Assembly (NCBI GenBank): GCA_013152275.1
Contig: JAADGS010000018.1
Location: 11,896-75,895 of the forward strand
Length of the DNA: 64,000 nt
DNA from: Actinomycetota bacterium
Lineage (GTDB): Bacteria; Actinomycetota; Acidimicrobiia; Spongiisociales; UBA4744
Reading direction: 5' to 3'
Below, piece after piece: positions 28,771 to 38,174 of this stretch. The notes beneath the pieces are model-generated. The model worked only from the letters and a program-made list of their open reading frames with translations. It was not told the origin of the DNA and ran no database searches. Each line of letters begins with the position of its first letter. Positions within the stretch are counted from its first letter, which is position 1. Made by a program: the position numbers and the translations under genes.

Positions 28771-30077
28771 GTGCGCTCGCCCGCACGGTGCCGGCTCGAT
28801 TCGGTGCCCTCACGAGCCCGTGCGTCGTTGCCCTCTCCGGCGGTCCGGACAGTGCCGTCTGCGCGTGGGCCGCACTCGAGGCCGGCCTCACCGTGCGCGC
28901 CGTACACGTCGATCATGGTCTCGCGGGTTCCCCGTTCGTACGTGGGGCCGCCGTTGCGGTTGCGGCGTTCCTCGACATCCCGCTGCACATCGCGGAGGTG
29001 ACCGTTGGCGGAGGATCGTCACCGGAGGGCCGCGCCAGGACTGCTCGCTACGAGGCGCTCGAGGCAGCCCTCGAGCCGGGAGAGTTGCTCCTCACCGGCC
29101 ACACGCTCTCAGACCAGGCCGAGACCGTGTTGGGCAACCTGCTGAGGGGCGCAGGACCGGACGGGCTCGCAGGCATTCCGCGCCGGCGGGGACGAATCGT
29201 CCGCCCCCTTTTGGACGTGACACGATCCCAGACGCGTGAGCTCGCCACACTGTTGGGGCTTCCCTGGGTCGAAGATCCGGTGAATCTGGAAGCGGGGCCA
29301 CGCAGGAATCTCATTCGCCGGGAGGCCATCCCCTATCTCGAAGGGCGGTTCAATCCTTCGCTCGAACGGGCACTCGTACGCACGGCCGACGCGCTCTGCG
29401 CGCACAACGAATACCTGGACCGGCAGGCCGATCGGGTGCCCGTGACGGTCACCGGCGCTTCCGTCCGGTTGTCGGCGGCAATCCTGGCGACGATCGATCC
29501 GGTCATTGCAGTCAGAGCCGTTCGCCGGGCGATACGCATGATCGGCGGCCCGCACGCAGGCGACGCTCGCGACGTGCACCTCGTCCTGAGTGTCGCGCGC
29601 GGGACGCAGATGCGCGCCTCGTTGACCGGCGGCCTGGAGGCGGAGCGCCGCCGGGCGCTGGTCGTGCTTTCGCGACCGGCGGCGGTGGTGGTGCCCGAAT
29701 CGGCCCTCTGGACGCTTCCCGGAAGCGCGGTGTTCGGAACCTGGTCCTTCGACGCATGGGTCGCGGAGGCGCCCCCGGCCGCGTTCCCCGTGAGCCGTTT
29801 CGTCGAGGTCATGGATGCGTCTGCGGTCCCTTCCGCGGTCACGGTGCGGGGCGTGCGCACCGGAGACAGGATCGTGATCGCAGGTGGCCACAAGGACGTG
29901 GCGGAGACGTTGACGGAAGCCGGCGTTCCCGTGTCCGAACGTCCGGTCTGGCCGGTGATCGTCGGCCCGCAGGAGCAGGTCCTGTGGGTTCCGGGTGTGC
30001 GTCGCGCGGATCTCGGCTGGGTGGATTCGGCCACGAGGCGCTACCTTTGGGTCCGCGCGACTCGGGAGGATGCGTGA
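28749..30077 (+). CDS. tilS: tRNA(Ile)-lysidine synthetase
   Basis: PP-loop ALSGGPDSAV, TGHTLSDQAET. Confidence 0.9.
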   Translation: MADSRRLSALARTVPARFGALTSPCVVALSGGPDSAVCAWAALEAGLTVRAVHVDHGLAGSPFVRGAAVAVAAFLDIPLHIAEVTVGGGSSPEGRARTARYEALEAALEPGELLLTGHTLSDQAETVLGNLLRGAGPDGLAGIPRRRGRIVRPLLDVTRSQTRELATLLGLPWVEDPVNLEAGPRRNLIRREAIPYLEGRFNPSLERALVRTADALCAHNEYLDRQADRVPVTVTGASVRLSAAILATIDPVIAVRAVRRAIRMIGGPHAGDARDVHLVLSVARGTQMRASLTGGLEAERRRALVVLSRPAAVVVPESALWTLPGSAVFGTWSFDAWVAEAPPAAFPVSRFVEVMDASAVPSAVTVRGVRTGDRIVIAGGHKDVAETLTEAGVPVSERPVWPVIVGPQEQVLWVPGVRRADLGWVDSATRRYLWVRATREDA

Positions 30078-30601
30078 AGGTCGGGAAGACGCTCATCAGC
30101 GCCGAAGAAATCGAAGCGGCACTCGCCACGATGGGCCGGGCCATATCCGAAGATTACGCCGGAAAGGACCTGCTGATGATCGCCGTCCTCAAGGGCGCCT
30201 TCATCACGTTGGCCGACTTGGCACGCCACATCGAGATACCCGTGGAATTCGACTTCATGGCGGTCTCCTCGTACGGCGCGGCCACCAAGACCTCCGGTGT
30301 CGTGAGGATCCTCAAGGACCTCGACCAGGAGATCGCAGGGCGTGACGTTCTCGTCGTCGAGGACATCATCGATTCCGGGCTCACGCTCAACTACCTGCTC
30401 AAGAGCTTGCGGGTCCGGCACCCGGAGTCGCTCGAGATCGCGGCGCTGCTCGTCAAGAAGGACATCCAGCGGATACCGATCGACGTCAAGTACACGGGTT
30501 TCGAGATCGGTCCCGAATTCGTGATCGGCTATGGGCTCGATTACGCCGGCAAGTATCGGAACCTGCCGCACATCGCGGTGATGGTCGAAGACGACGAATA
30601 G
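30074..30601 (+). CDS. hpt: hypoxanthine phosphoribosyltransferase
   Basis: PRTase motif VLVVEDIIDSGLTL. GTG start overlapping the tilS stop, with GGGAGGA SD. Confidence 0.9.
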   Translation: MKVGKTLISAEEIEAALATMGRAISEDYAGKDLLMIAVLKGAFITLADLARHIEIPVEFDFMAVSSYGAATKTSGVVRILKDLDQEIAGRDVLVVEDIIDSGLTLNYLLKSLRVRHPESLEIAALLVKKDIQRIPIDVKYTGFEIGPEFVIGYGLDYAGKYRNLPHIAVMVEDDE

Positions 30602-30609
30602 GGGTCTCG

Positions 30610-30702
30610 CATCTCGTACTTCGTATCTCGTGCCCCGCACTTCGTACGCGACATGGCACTGCTCCAAGACCGCGAGGCGGGTGAAACGGCGCTCGCCGAC
30701 CG
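30610..30702. repeat. Heptad-array/CGCTCGCC intergenic element (degenerate copy)
   Basis: CATCTCG TACTTCG TATCTCG TGCCCCG CACTTCG TACGCG (period 7), then GGCGCTCGCCGACC at 30687-30702. Lies between hpt and ftsH. Confidence 0.65.
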
Positions 30703-30843
30703 GCCGCGCGCGGAGAGGGCCGTCCCGTCGGGGTGGACTCGACAGATCCCTAACTTTGTAGCCGATCAACGGCGATACTATGAGAAACCCAATCGTGCGC
30801 CGAGAGGTGTGAAACCGTCCCGCGAAGGGGCCTGAGGAGATTC

Positions 30844-32748
30844 GTGAACCGTACCATCCGTTCGATCCTGGTCTACGGGCTGATCGCCATGATCCTGCTG
30901 GTTCTCCTCCAGCAGTATCTCGGCACGACGGCAGAGCCGGACAAGGTCTCGTACAGCGAGTTCTGGAACGACATCACCGCGGGCAAGGTCGCGACCGCGA
31001 CCATCATGCAGAAATCCAACGTGGTGACGGGTGAGTTCGTCGGTTCCGTCGATGGCACCCCGGACTACAAGGTCGATTATCTGCAGGAGGACGAGAACGA
31101 GCTTTCCGCGGCGTTGAGGAAGGCCGGCGTCGACGTGAAGGTCGATCCGGAACCGGCCGGATTCTGGGAGATCTTGATCACGTTCCTGCCGTGGCTGTTC
31201 CTCATCGGCTTCATGGTGTTCATCTTCATGCAGATGCAGGGGTCGGGGAACCGGGTGATGCAGTTCGGCAAGTCGCGGGCGAAACAGGTCTCGCGCGACA
31301 TGCCGAAGATCACCTTTGCCGACGTCGCCGGGGTCGACGAGGCCGTCGAGGAGCTGACCGAGCTCAAGGAGTTTCTCCAATCGCCGGACAAGTTCAGGGC
31401 GTTGGGCGCCAAGATGCCCAAAGGGGTGCTGCTGTTCGGCCCTCCCGGCACCGGTAAGACGTTGCTTGCCCGCGCCGTCGCCGGCGAGGCGGGCGTGCCG
31501 TTCTTCACGATTGCCGGTTCCGACTTCGTCGAGATGTTCGTCGGTGTCGGGGCGTCTCGGGTTCGCGATCTGTTCGAACAGGCCAAGGCGCAGGCACCGG
31601 CCATCGTATTCATCGACGAGATCGACGCCGTCGGCAGGCATCGCGGTGCCGGTCTCGGCGGCGGACACGACGAACGAGAGCAGACACTCAACCAGTTGCT
31701 GGTGGAACTCGACGGATTCGATGTCAACACCGGCGTGATCGTGATCGCAGGCACCAACCGGCCCGACATCCTCGACCCTGCACTGCTGCGCCCGGGACGG
31801 TTCGACCGTCAGATCGTCGTCGACCGTCCGGACCTGCCGGGCCGCAAGGCGATCCTCGCGGTGCATGCGCGCGGAAAGCCGCTCGCCGACGACATCGACC
31901 TGGAGGTGCTGGCTCGCCAGACGCCCGGTTTCACCGGGGCGGACCTGGCCAACCTGCTGAACGAAGGAGCGTTGCTGGCGGCACGCCGCGACAAGGACCT
32001 GATAGCGATGGAGGAACTCGAGGAGTCCATCGAGCGGGTCATCGCCGGGCCCGAGCGCAAGAGCAGGCTGATCTCCGACGGGGAGAAGAAGGTCATCGCC
32101 TATCACGAGACCGGGCATGCGCTGGTCGGGTGGGCGCTTCCGATGGCCGACCCGATCCACAAGGTCACGATCATCCCCCGTGGCCGCTCGCTCGGGCACA
32201 CGCAATCTCTGCCGGAGGAAGACAAGTACATCATGCGGCGTTCCGAGCTCGTCGATCAGTTGGCGATGTTCCTGGGCGGCCGGACGGCAGAGGAGTTGGT
32301 GTTCGACGATCCGAGCACCGGTGCCGGCGACGACATCGAGAAGGCGACCGATATCGCACGCCAGATGGTCATGGAGTACGGGATGAGCGACCGGCTGGGA
32401 CCGATGAAGTACGGGCACGCCGACGGCGAAGTCTTCCTCGGTCGAGACTACGGCCGTCAGCAGGACTACTCGGATGAGGTGGCCGCCTTCATCGACGCCG
32501 AGGTTCGCAAGCTGATCTCTCAGGCGCACAGGGAAGCTCGCCAGATTCTCGAGACTCATCGAGCCGCCCTCGACCGGATGGCGGCCGTGCTCATCGAGAA
32601 GGAAACGATCGACGCCGGCGAAGTCGCCGAGATCTTCAAAGACGTGCCGAAATGGCAGCACGCGCACAGCGACGGCATCCGTATCCGGGTTCCCGGCAGC
32701 GCTCCGGCTGCCGGCGGGGTCGCGGCCGACCACACGGAGACCGTTTGA
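30844..32748 (+). CDS. ftsH: ATP-dependent zinc metalloprotease FtsH
   Basis: N-terminal TM, AAA Walker [12 protein letters not shown], HEtGHAL zinc site. GGAG SD before the GTG start. Confidence 0.95.
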   Translation: MNRTIRSILVYGLIAMILLVLLQQYLGTTAEPDKVSYSEFWNDITAGKVATATIMQKSNVVTGEFVGSVDGTPDYKVDYLQEDENELSAALRKAGVDVKVDPEPAGFWEILITFLPWLFLIGFMVFIFMQMQGSGNRVMQFGKSRAKQVSRDMPKITFADVAGVDEAVEELTELKEFLQSPDKFRALGAKMPKGVLLFGPPGTGKTLLARAVAGEAGVPFFTIAGSDFVEMFVGVGASRVRDLFEQAKAQAPAIVFIDEIDAVGRHRGAGLGGGHDEREQTLNQLLVELDGFDVNTGVIVIAGTNRPDILDPALLRPGRFDRQIVVDRPDLPGRKAILAVHARGKPLADDIDLEVLARQTPGFTGADLANLLNEGALLAARRDKDLIAMEELEESIERVIAGPERKSRLISDGEKKVIAYHETGHALVGWALPMADPIHKVTIIPRGRSLGHTQSLPEEDKYIMRRSELVDQLAMFLGGRTAEELVFDDPSTGAGDDIEKATDIARQMVMEYGMSDRLGPMKYGHADGEVFLGRDYGRQQDYSDEVAAFIDAEVRKLISQAHREARQILETHRAALDRMAAVLIEKETIDAGEVAEIFKDVPKWQHAHSDGIRIRVPGSAPAAGGVAADHTETV

Positions 32749-33323
32749 TGGGGGACGTTCCGGACCTCGAGGCGATCGCCGGAGCCGTCTACACGATCCT
32801 CGAAGCAGTCGGTGAAGACCCCGAACGTGAGGGCCTCGCGAGCACACCCGAGCGCGTCGCCCGCATGTACGCGGAAGTGTTCGGTGGGCTTCGTCAGGAC
32901 CCTAAAGAGATCCTCGAGACGGTGTTCGTGCGAGAGGAGCACCGTGAGATCGTCATGGTCAGGGATATTCCGTTCTACTCGATGTGCGAGCACCACCTCA
33001 TGCCGTTCCACGGGAGCGCGCATGTCGCCTACCTCCCCAAGGGAACGCTCACGGGACTCTCGAAGCTCGCCCGCCTCGTCGAGGTGTTCGCCCGCAGGCC
33101 TCAGCTCCAGGAACGGCTCACGACGCAGATCGCCGACACGTTGATGGATACCGTCGACCCGTACGGCGTACTGGTGGTCGTCGAGGCCGAGCATCTGTGC
33201 ATGAGCATGCGCGGGGTAAAGAAACCCGGAGCGATCACGACGACCTCTGCGGTCCGGGGCGCCTTCGCGAAGAGCGCGGCGACCCGCTCGGAGGCATTCG
33301 CGCTGTTGTTCGGGAACCGATGA
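32748..33323 (+). CDS. folE: GTP cyclohydrolase I
   Basis: [14 protein letters not shown] motif. TGATG overlap with the ftsH stop. Confidence 0.95.
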   Translation: MGDVPDLEAIAGAVYTILEAVGEDPEREGLASTPERVARMYAEVFGGLRQDPKEILETVFVREEHREIVMVRDIPFYSMCEHHLMPFHGSAHVAYLPKGTLTGLSKLARLVEVFARRPQLQERLTTQIADTLMDTVDPYGVLVVVEAEHLCMSMRGVKKPGAITTTSAVRGAFAKSAATRSEAFALLFGNR

Positions 33324-34159
33324 CCTGGCGGGTGCGCGGCGTGTCCCTCCCCGACAGGGCACTGATCATGGGCATCGTGAACGTCACTCCCGACTCGTTC
33401 TCCGATGGTGGCCGCTTCTTCGATCCGGACGAGGCCATCGCTCTGAGCGTCCGCCTCGTCGCAGAAGGCGCAGACGTCATCGATGTCGGAGGGGAGTCGA
33501 CCAGACCGGGGGCCGAGCCGGTACCGGCCGCCGAAGAGATCAGACGGGTCGAGCCCGTGGTGGAAGCACTCGCAGGTGAAGGCGTCGTCGTCTCCATCGA
33601 CACGACGAAGCCCGAGGTTGCCCACGCTGCACTGGAGGCGGGAGCATCGATCGTCAACGATGTGTCCGCACTCGGCGCAGCCGGGATGGCCGAGGCGGTC
33701 GCCGAGTCCGGTGCGGGGCTCGTGCTCATGCACATGCAGGGGACCCCCCGCACGATGCAGGCCAATCCCACCTATGGCGACGTCATCGCAGAAGTCAGGG
33801 ACTTCCTCGTCGAACGGGCGTTGTTCGCGCAGGACCGGGGCATCTCGCCGGGCCGCATAGTGATCGATCCGGGTATCGGATTCGGCAAGACGGTCGGGCA
33901 CAACCTCGCGTTGCTGGCGCACATCGGTGTCCTCGTGGAGACCGGCTACCCGGTGTTGATCGGAACGTCCCGCAAGTCGTTCCTCGGGGTGCTGACGGGA
34001 GAGGAGCGGCCGGAACATCGCGATGTGGCCACGGCTGCGGCGTCGGCGTTGGCGGTGGCCGCGGGGGCATCCGTCGTTCGTGTACACAATGTTGCCGTTT
34101 CTCGGCCTGCTGTGCAGGTTGCCGACGCTATGGTTCGATGTGGAGGCAGAGTGTCATGA
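33320..34159 (+). CDS. folP: dihydropteroate synthase
   Basis: [37 protein letters not shown] overlap with folE. Confidence 0.95.
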   Translation: MTWRVRGVSLPDRALIMGIVNVTPDSFSDGGRFFDPDEAIALSVRLVAEGADVIDVGGESTRPGAEPVPAAEEIRRVEPVVEALAGEGVVVSIDTTKPEVAHAALEAGASIVNDVSALGAAGMAEAVAESGAGLVLMHMQGTPRTMQANPTYGDVIAEVRDFLVERALFAQDRGISPGRIVIDPGIGFGKTVGHNLALLAHIGVLVETGYPVLIGTSRKSFLGVLTGEERPEHRDVATAAASALAVAAGASVVRVHNVAVSRPAVQVADAMVRCGGRVS

Positions 34160-34632
34160 CGGGACTGGAACCGAGAGCGTTCACATGGGTGATCAAAGGG
34201 CGCCTGGCAGTGTGTGAGCGGATTGGCGGGCACGGCATTCAGCATCGCCGGGTTCGCCGTGAAGAGGAGATCGTCTGGCTGCAGAGTGGAGCGGGTATCA
34301 ACACGGTTGTGACCCTGCTCGCCGGAGGACAGAACGTGGCGAACTATCAGGACGCCGGTTTCACGGTGTTCCACGAGCCGCTCGTCGGAGAGTACGAACA
34401 GGGAGACGTCGATAGGGTGTTCGACGCCCTCGACCTCGCGTTGTCGGAGCCGGACAGCGTCGTCCTGGTGCACCGTGACCTGGTCGACGACACGATCGCC
34501 GGCCTGCTCGCCGGCTATCTCGTGTACTCGAAGCTGGTCACCGATCCGATCCTCGCCATAGCCGTCATTCAGGAGATCCTTGGCCGACCGCTCGGCCCGG
34601 AGGGCCGGGCGCTCGTGCCAGTCAGAGCCTGA
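34156..34632 (+). CDS. DSP-fold (dual-specificity phosphatase-like) protein with degenerate catalytic loop, putative pseudophosphatase
   Basis: Topology resembles DSP: ...GINTVVTLL...VFHEPLVGEY...SVVLVHRDLVDDTIAGLLAGYLVY. The HCxxGxxR loop is replaced by HRDLVDDT. ATGA overlap with the folP stop. Confidence 0.5.
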   Translation: MTGLEPRAFTWVIKGRLAVCERIGGHGIQHRRVRREEEIVWLQSGAGINTVVTLLAGGQNVANYQDAGFTVFHEPLVGEYEQGDVDRVFDALDLALSEPDSVVLVHRDLVDDTIAGLLAGYLVYSKLVTDPILAIAVIQEILGRPLGPEGRALVPVRA

Positions 34633-34639
34633 GGCTGCG

Positions 34640-34999
34640 ATGAGCGGACGAATCGAGCTGGGCGGTATCCGGGTCTTCGCGCACCACGGCGTGTATCCGG
34701 AAGAACGGCAGGCCGGGCAGACGTTCGTGATCGATGTGACCATGTACCTGGATCTCGAGCCGGCCGCGGCGACGGACGATCTGGCGGCGACGATCGACTA
34801 CGGGGCCCTTGCCCAGGCCATCCATGATCGTGTCGCCGACGAGCGCTGGGGTCTCATCGAACGAGTCGCCGGCCGTGTGGCCGATCTGGTGATGGAGGAT
34901 GTCCGGATCGATGCGGTCGAGGTGACCGTACACAAGCCGGAGGCGCCGATTCCCGTCCCGTTCGACGACGTGTCGGTCTCGATCCGGCGGAGTCGATGA
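34640..34999 (+). CDS. folB: dihydroneopterin aldolase
   Basis: IRVFAHHGVYPEER, QTFVIDV motifs. Confidence 0.9.
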   Translation: MSGRIELGGIRVFAHHGVYPEERQAGQTFVIDVTMYLDLEPAAATDDLAATIDYGALAQAIHDRVADERWGLIERVAGRVADLVMEDVRIDAVEVTVHKPEAPIPVPFDDVSVSIRRSR

Positions 35000-35952
35000 C
35001 ACGGGCGGCGATCGCTCTCGGCTCGAACCTGGGTGACCGGATCGACCATCTCCAGGTCGCCGTCGTGGCGCTCGCCGCCTGTGGTGAGGTCGAGGCCGTG
35101 TCATCGGTGTATGAGACGGCGCCGGTGGGCGGGCCGGAGCAGGGACCGTACCTGAACGCCGTCGCCGTCGTCGAGACGGACCTGGAACCCCACGAGCTGC
35201 TCGACGGCCTGCTCCGGATCGAGCAGGAGGCCGGCAGGGAACGAACGACCCGGTGGGGACCGCGAACGCTCGACCTGGACCTGATCCTGTACGGCGACCG
35301 GATGATCGACGATGAGCGCCTGACGGTGCCGCATCCCCGATTCGCGCTCCGCCGGTTCGTCCTGGAGCCGCTCGCGGAGGTGTGGCCGGATGCTGCGACG
35401 CCCGATGGGGGGTCGGTCGCCGCTCTGCTCCCCTTCGTGCAAGATCAGAACGTGTCGCGGATCAATCGACGGTTGAGCACTCGCCCGGAGACATTCACGT
35501 CTCGGGGAGGCTGGTGGGTGACGGCGCAGGGCGTGGTGCTCGTTGCGGCGGCGGTGGCACTGCTCACCGATGCGGGCTCGTTGGCCTGGCCGCCTTGGGT
35601 CGTCTGGTTGGGAGCGATTCTGGCAGTTGCGGGTGCCGTCGAGTCGTTGCTCGGGTCACGGCACCTCGGTGCGAATCTGACGCCGTATCCGCAGCCGCTG
35701 TCCTCGGGGAGGCTCGTGGCGTCGGGCGCCTACCGGTGGGTGCGGCATCCGATCTACGGGGGGATCGTGCTGCTGCTCGTGGGCGCGGCGCTGCTCCGGT
35801 CGAGTCTCGTCGCGTTGATCGTCGGGATCGTCGGCGCAGCGTTCTTCTGGATGAAGGCCCGCTTCGAGGAGGAGCGCCTCGTCGAGCGCTACGCGGGGTA
35901 CGCGGCGTACCGGGCGCACGTGAGGAAGCGGCTCATCCCCTGGGTCGTGTAA
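34996..35952 (+). CDS. folK: HPPK (FolK) fused to C-terminal ICMT/PEMT-like membrane methyltransferase domain
   Basis: N-terminal AIALGSNLGDR, RWGPRTLDLDLI and TVPHPR are HPPK motifs. The C-terminal half has ~4 TM helices and RWVRHPIYGG with EEER, the ICMT/PEMT family signature. ATGA overlap with folB. Confidence 0.75.
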   Translation: MTRAAIALGSNLGDRIDHLQVAVVALAACGEVEAVSSVYETAPVGGPEQGPYLNAVAVVETDLEPHELLDGLLRIEQEAGRERTTRWGPRTLDLDLILYGDRMIDDERLTVPHPRFALRRFVLEPLAEVWPDAATPDGGSVAALLPFVQDQNVSRINRRLSTRPETFTSRGGWWVTAQGVVLVAAAVALLTDAGSLAWPPWVVWLGAILAVAGAVESLLGSRHLGANLTPYPQPLSSGRLVASGAYRWVRHPIYGGIVLLLVGAALLRSSLVALIVGIVGAAFFWMKARFEEERLVERYAGYAAYRAHVRKRLIPWVV

Positions 35953-35955
35953 CGA

Positions 35956-36669
35956 TCAGGAGTCCAGCGACAGCTCCCAGACGCGGGCCTTCCACAGCAG
36001 GCGGGAGCCCCGCCGGGTGACGGTGACGATCCCGCGGTCGATCAGATCCTTGAGGGCTGCGCTTGCGGCCAACTGACTCGGCAGTGGGATCGGTCGGTCG
36101 GTGAGCGCCTTGACTCTCCCATAGAGGGCACGGGCCCGCTGGATGATCGCGGCCTCGTCCTGAAGGGTGCCTGTCGGCAGGAACAGTCTCCCCATCGGCC
36201 GGAGCCTGCGTTTCGCCTCTTCCAGCATGCGGATCGGCAGCTCGCTGCCGCGCGGACCGCCCCCGCCCTTGGTCGGGAACCAACCGCTGTCATCGGCGAG
36301 CCGGTCCGGGATTCCGGAGACGTCACCGATGATCACGTCGGCTTCGACGTCGTCGGGAATCGGTGAGAACAGGTCGCCCTGGTAGAAGGTGATCCTGTCG
36401 GCGACACCCTGCTCGACGGCATTCGCCAGGCCGACCTCCACGACGTCGGGGCTCTTGTCGACGGCGTGGACACTGGACGCCCCGAGCTTCGCGGCGATGA
36501 TCGCAAGGATCCCCGAACCGCAACCGATGTCGATGACGACATCGCCCGGTTCGACGTGCAGCGCCTCGGCGAGGAGCCCGGAGATCGTCGACGGCCGGAA
36601 CGTCGTATCGGAGATTCGTAGATGTATCGGCCCCAGTCGGCCTTTCCAGTTGAAGATGTTGCTGCCCAT
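35956..36669 (-). CDS. class I SAM-dependent methyltransferase (small-domain MTase)
   Basis: VIDIGCGSGILAI (motif I), acidic motif II, DVSGIP motif IV-like. Confidence 0.7.
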   Translation of the reverse strand: MGSNIFNWKGRLGPIHLRISDTTFRPSTISGLLAEALHVEPGDVVIDIGCGSGILAIIAAKLGASSVHAVDKSPDVVEVGLANAVEQGVADRITFYQGDLFSPIPDDVEADVIIGDVSGIPDRLADDSGWFPTKGGGGPRGSELPIRMLEEAKRRLRPMGRLFLPTGTLQDEAAIIQRARALYGRVKALTDRPIPLPSQLAASAALKDLIDRGIVTVTRRGSRLLWKARVWELSLDS

Positions 36670-36807
36670 GGCGTTTTCCTCGTTCGGTGCTTACACCCTA
36701 TTCGGATTCCGGATGTGTGCACGGCGGGTCTGCGACTTCGACTCGCCGTGCAGGCGTTTGGTTGCAGATCGGCCGCTACGCTGCACCGTCATGACCTTTG
36801 GCGGAAC

Positions 36808-38148
36808 ATGATCGACCGATTGCTCACCACGTTGGGGGTGTGGTCGCCGCTGCTCGTGTTCGCGCTCGCCATGGGGGAGAGCGCCGCGTTCCTCGGACTG
36901 TTTCTCCCCGGAGAGGTGACGGTGATCCTTGGTGGGGTACTCGCCGGAACCGGGGTCGTACCCCTCTGGGCGATGCTGATCGCAGCGGTTCTCGGAGCGG
37001 TGATCGGTGACTCGGTCGGGTTCTGGATGGGTGGCCACTTCGGGCCGGCGGTGCTTCGCAGGCCACGGCTCGCCAGGTTCGCAGGGCGGCTCGACGCGGC
37101 CGAGACGAGTCTGGCCCGACGTGGGTGGTCGGCACTCGTCGTCGCACGGTTCACATCGTTCCTGCGGGCAGTCGTCCCGTTTGCCGCCGGAATGGCGAAG
37201 ATGCCGTACGGGCGATTCGTCGTCGGCAACGTGGTCGGCGGGGTGCTCTGGGGGAGTTCCCTCACGCTCATGGGGTATCTGGCGGGTGACAGCTGGCAGG
37301 AGGTGGAACACTGGCTGTTGCGTGGTGGTTTGACGCTCGCGGGCGCGCTCGTCGTGCTCGGTGTCATCGTGTGGGCGAGCCGTTGGGTCGCGGGGCATCG
37401 CGAGAAGGTACTGGGATGGCTCGACCCGTTGCTGCGGACGCGTGTCGTTCGAGCCCTCGCGGACCGGTTGGAAGGCCCGTCGAGACGCGTGGCTCCCCTC
37501 CTGTATCTGTGGCCGGTCGCGTTGGTCATCGTCGGTGGTCTGTGGCTGTTCGGCGGTCTTCTCCAGGATGTGCTCGGGCAGGAGGAGTTCTTCTTCTTCG
37601 ACAAGCGGGCGCTGGAGTACGTGGCCACTCACCAGATACCGGCAGTCGTGCAGGCGGCGCGGTGGCTTGCCACGACCACACCGCAGTGGATGACGATGGT
37701 GGTCGGCGCGGGAATCGCCGCGGTCATGCTGTCGCGACGCTACGTCGGCCGCGCCATCGGGCTGGTCGTCGCCATCGCCGGCCAGTGGCTGATCGTCGAG
37801 GCGACACGACTTGTGGTCGACCGCTCGGCACCGTCGCTCACCGCGCTCGGCTCACGCGGCGACTACGGGTTCCCGTCCGAGTACATCGCCGCGCTCGTCA
37901 CGCTTCTCGTGATCCTCGCCTGGCCGTGGCGGCCGCAAGGGTGGCGTGCGACCACGTTTCGCTTCGGTGCCGCGATGCTGATCGCGGCCGTCGTGGGCTT
38001 CTGCCGCCTCGTACTGCTCCTCGAGTATCCGTCCGACGTGCTCGCCGGTGCAGCCGTCGGGGCAGGATGGACGGTGATGGCGCTCAGCCTCGCCGACCCG
38101 CGCATCCGGACGATACTCGCCAGGGCCGTGAAACACCCTCGGGAGTAG
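36808..38148 (+). CDS. DedA/SNARE-associated (VTT) domain fused to PAP2 phosphatase domain, membrane protein
   Basis: N-terminal DedA-like helices (FLPGEVTVILGGVLAG). C-terminal PAP2 motifs PSEY...YPSDVLAGAAVG. Confidence 0.7.
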   Translation: MIDRLLTTLGVWSPLLVFALAMGESAAFLGLFLPGEVTVILGGVLAGTGVVPLWAMLIAAVLGAVIGDSVGFWMGGHFGPAVLRRPRLARFAGRLDAAETSLARRGWSALVVARFTSFLRAVVPFAAGMAKMPYGRFVVGNVVGGVLWGSSLTLMGYLAGDSWQEVEHWLLRGGLTLAGALVVLGVIVWASRWVAGHREKVLGWLDPLLRTRVVRALADRLEGPSRRVAPLLYLWPVALVIVGGLWLFGGLLQDVLGQEEFFFFDKRALEYVATHQIPAVVQAARWLATTTPQWMTMVVGAGIAAVMLSRRYVGRAIGLVVAIAGQWLIVEATRLVVDRSAPSLTALGSRGDYGFPSEYIAALVTLLVILAWPWRPQGWRATTFRFGAAMLIAAVVGFCRLVLLLEYPSDVLAGAAVGAGWTVMALSLADPRIRTILARAVKHPRE

Positions 38149-38174
38149 TGCCTGTCGAGGTACCCGGTGCCCGG

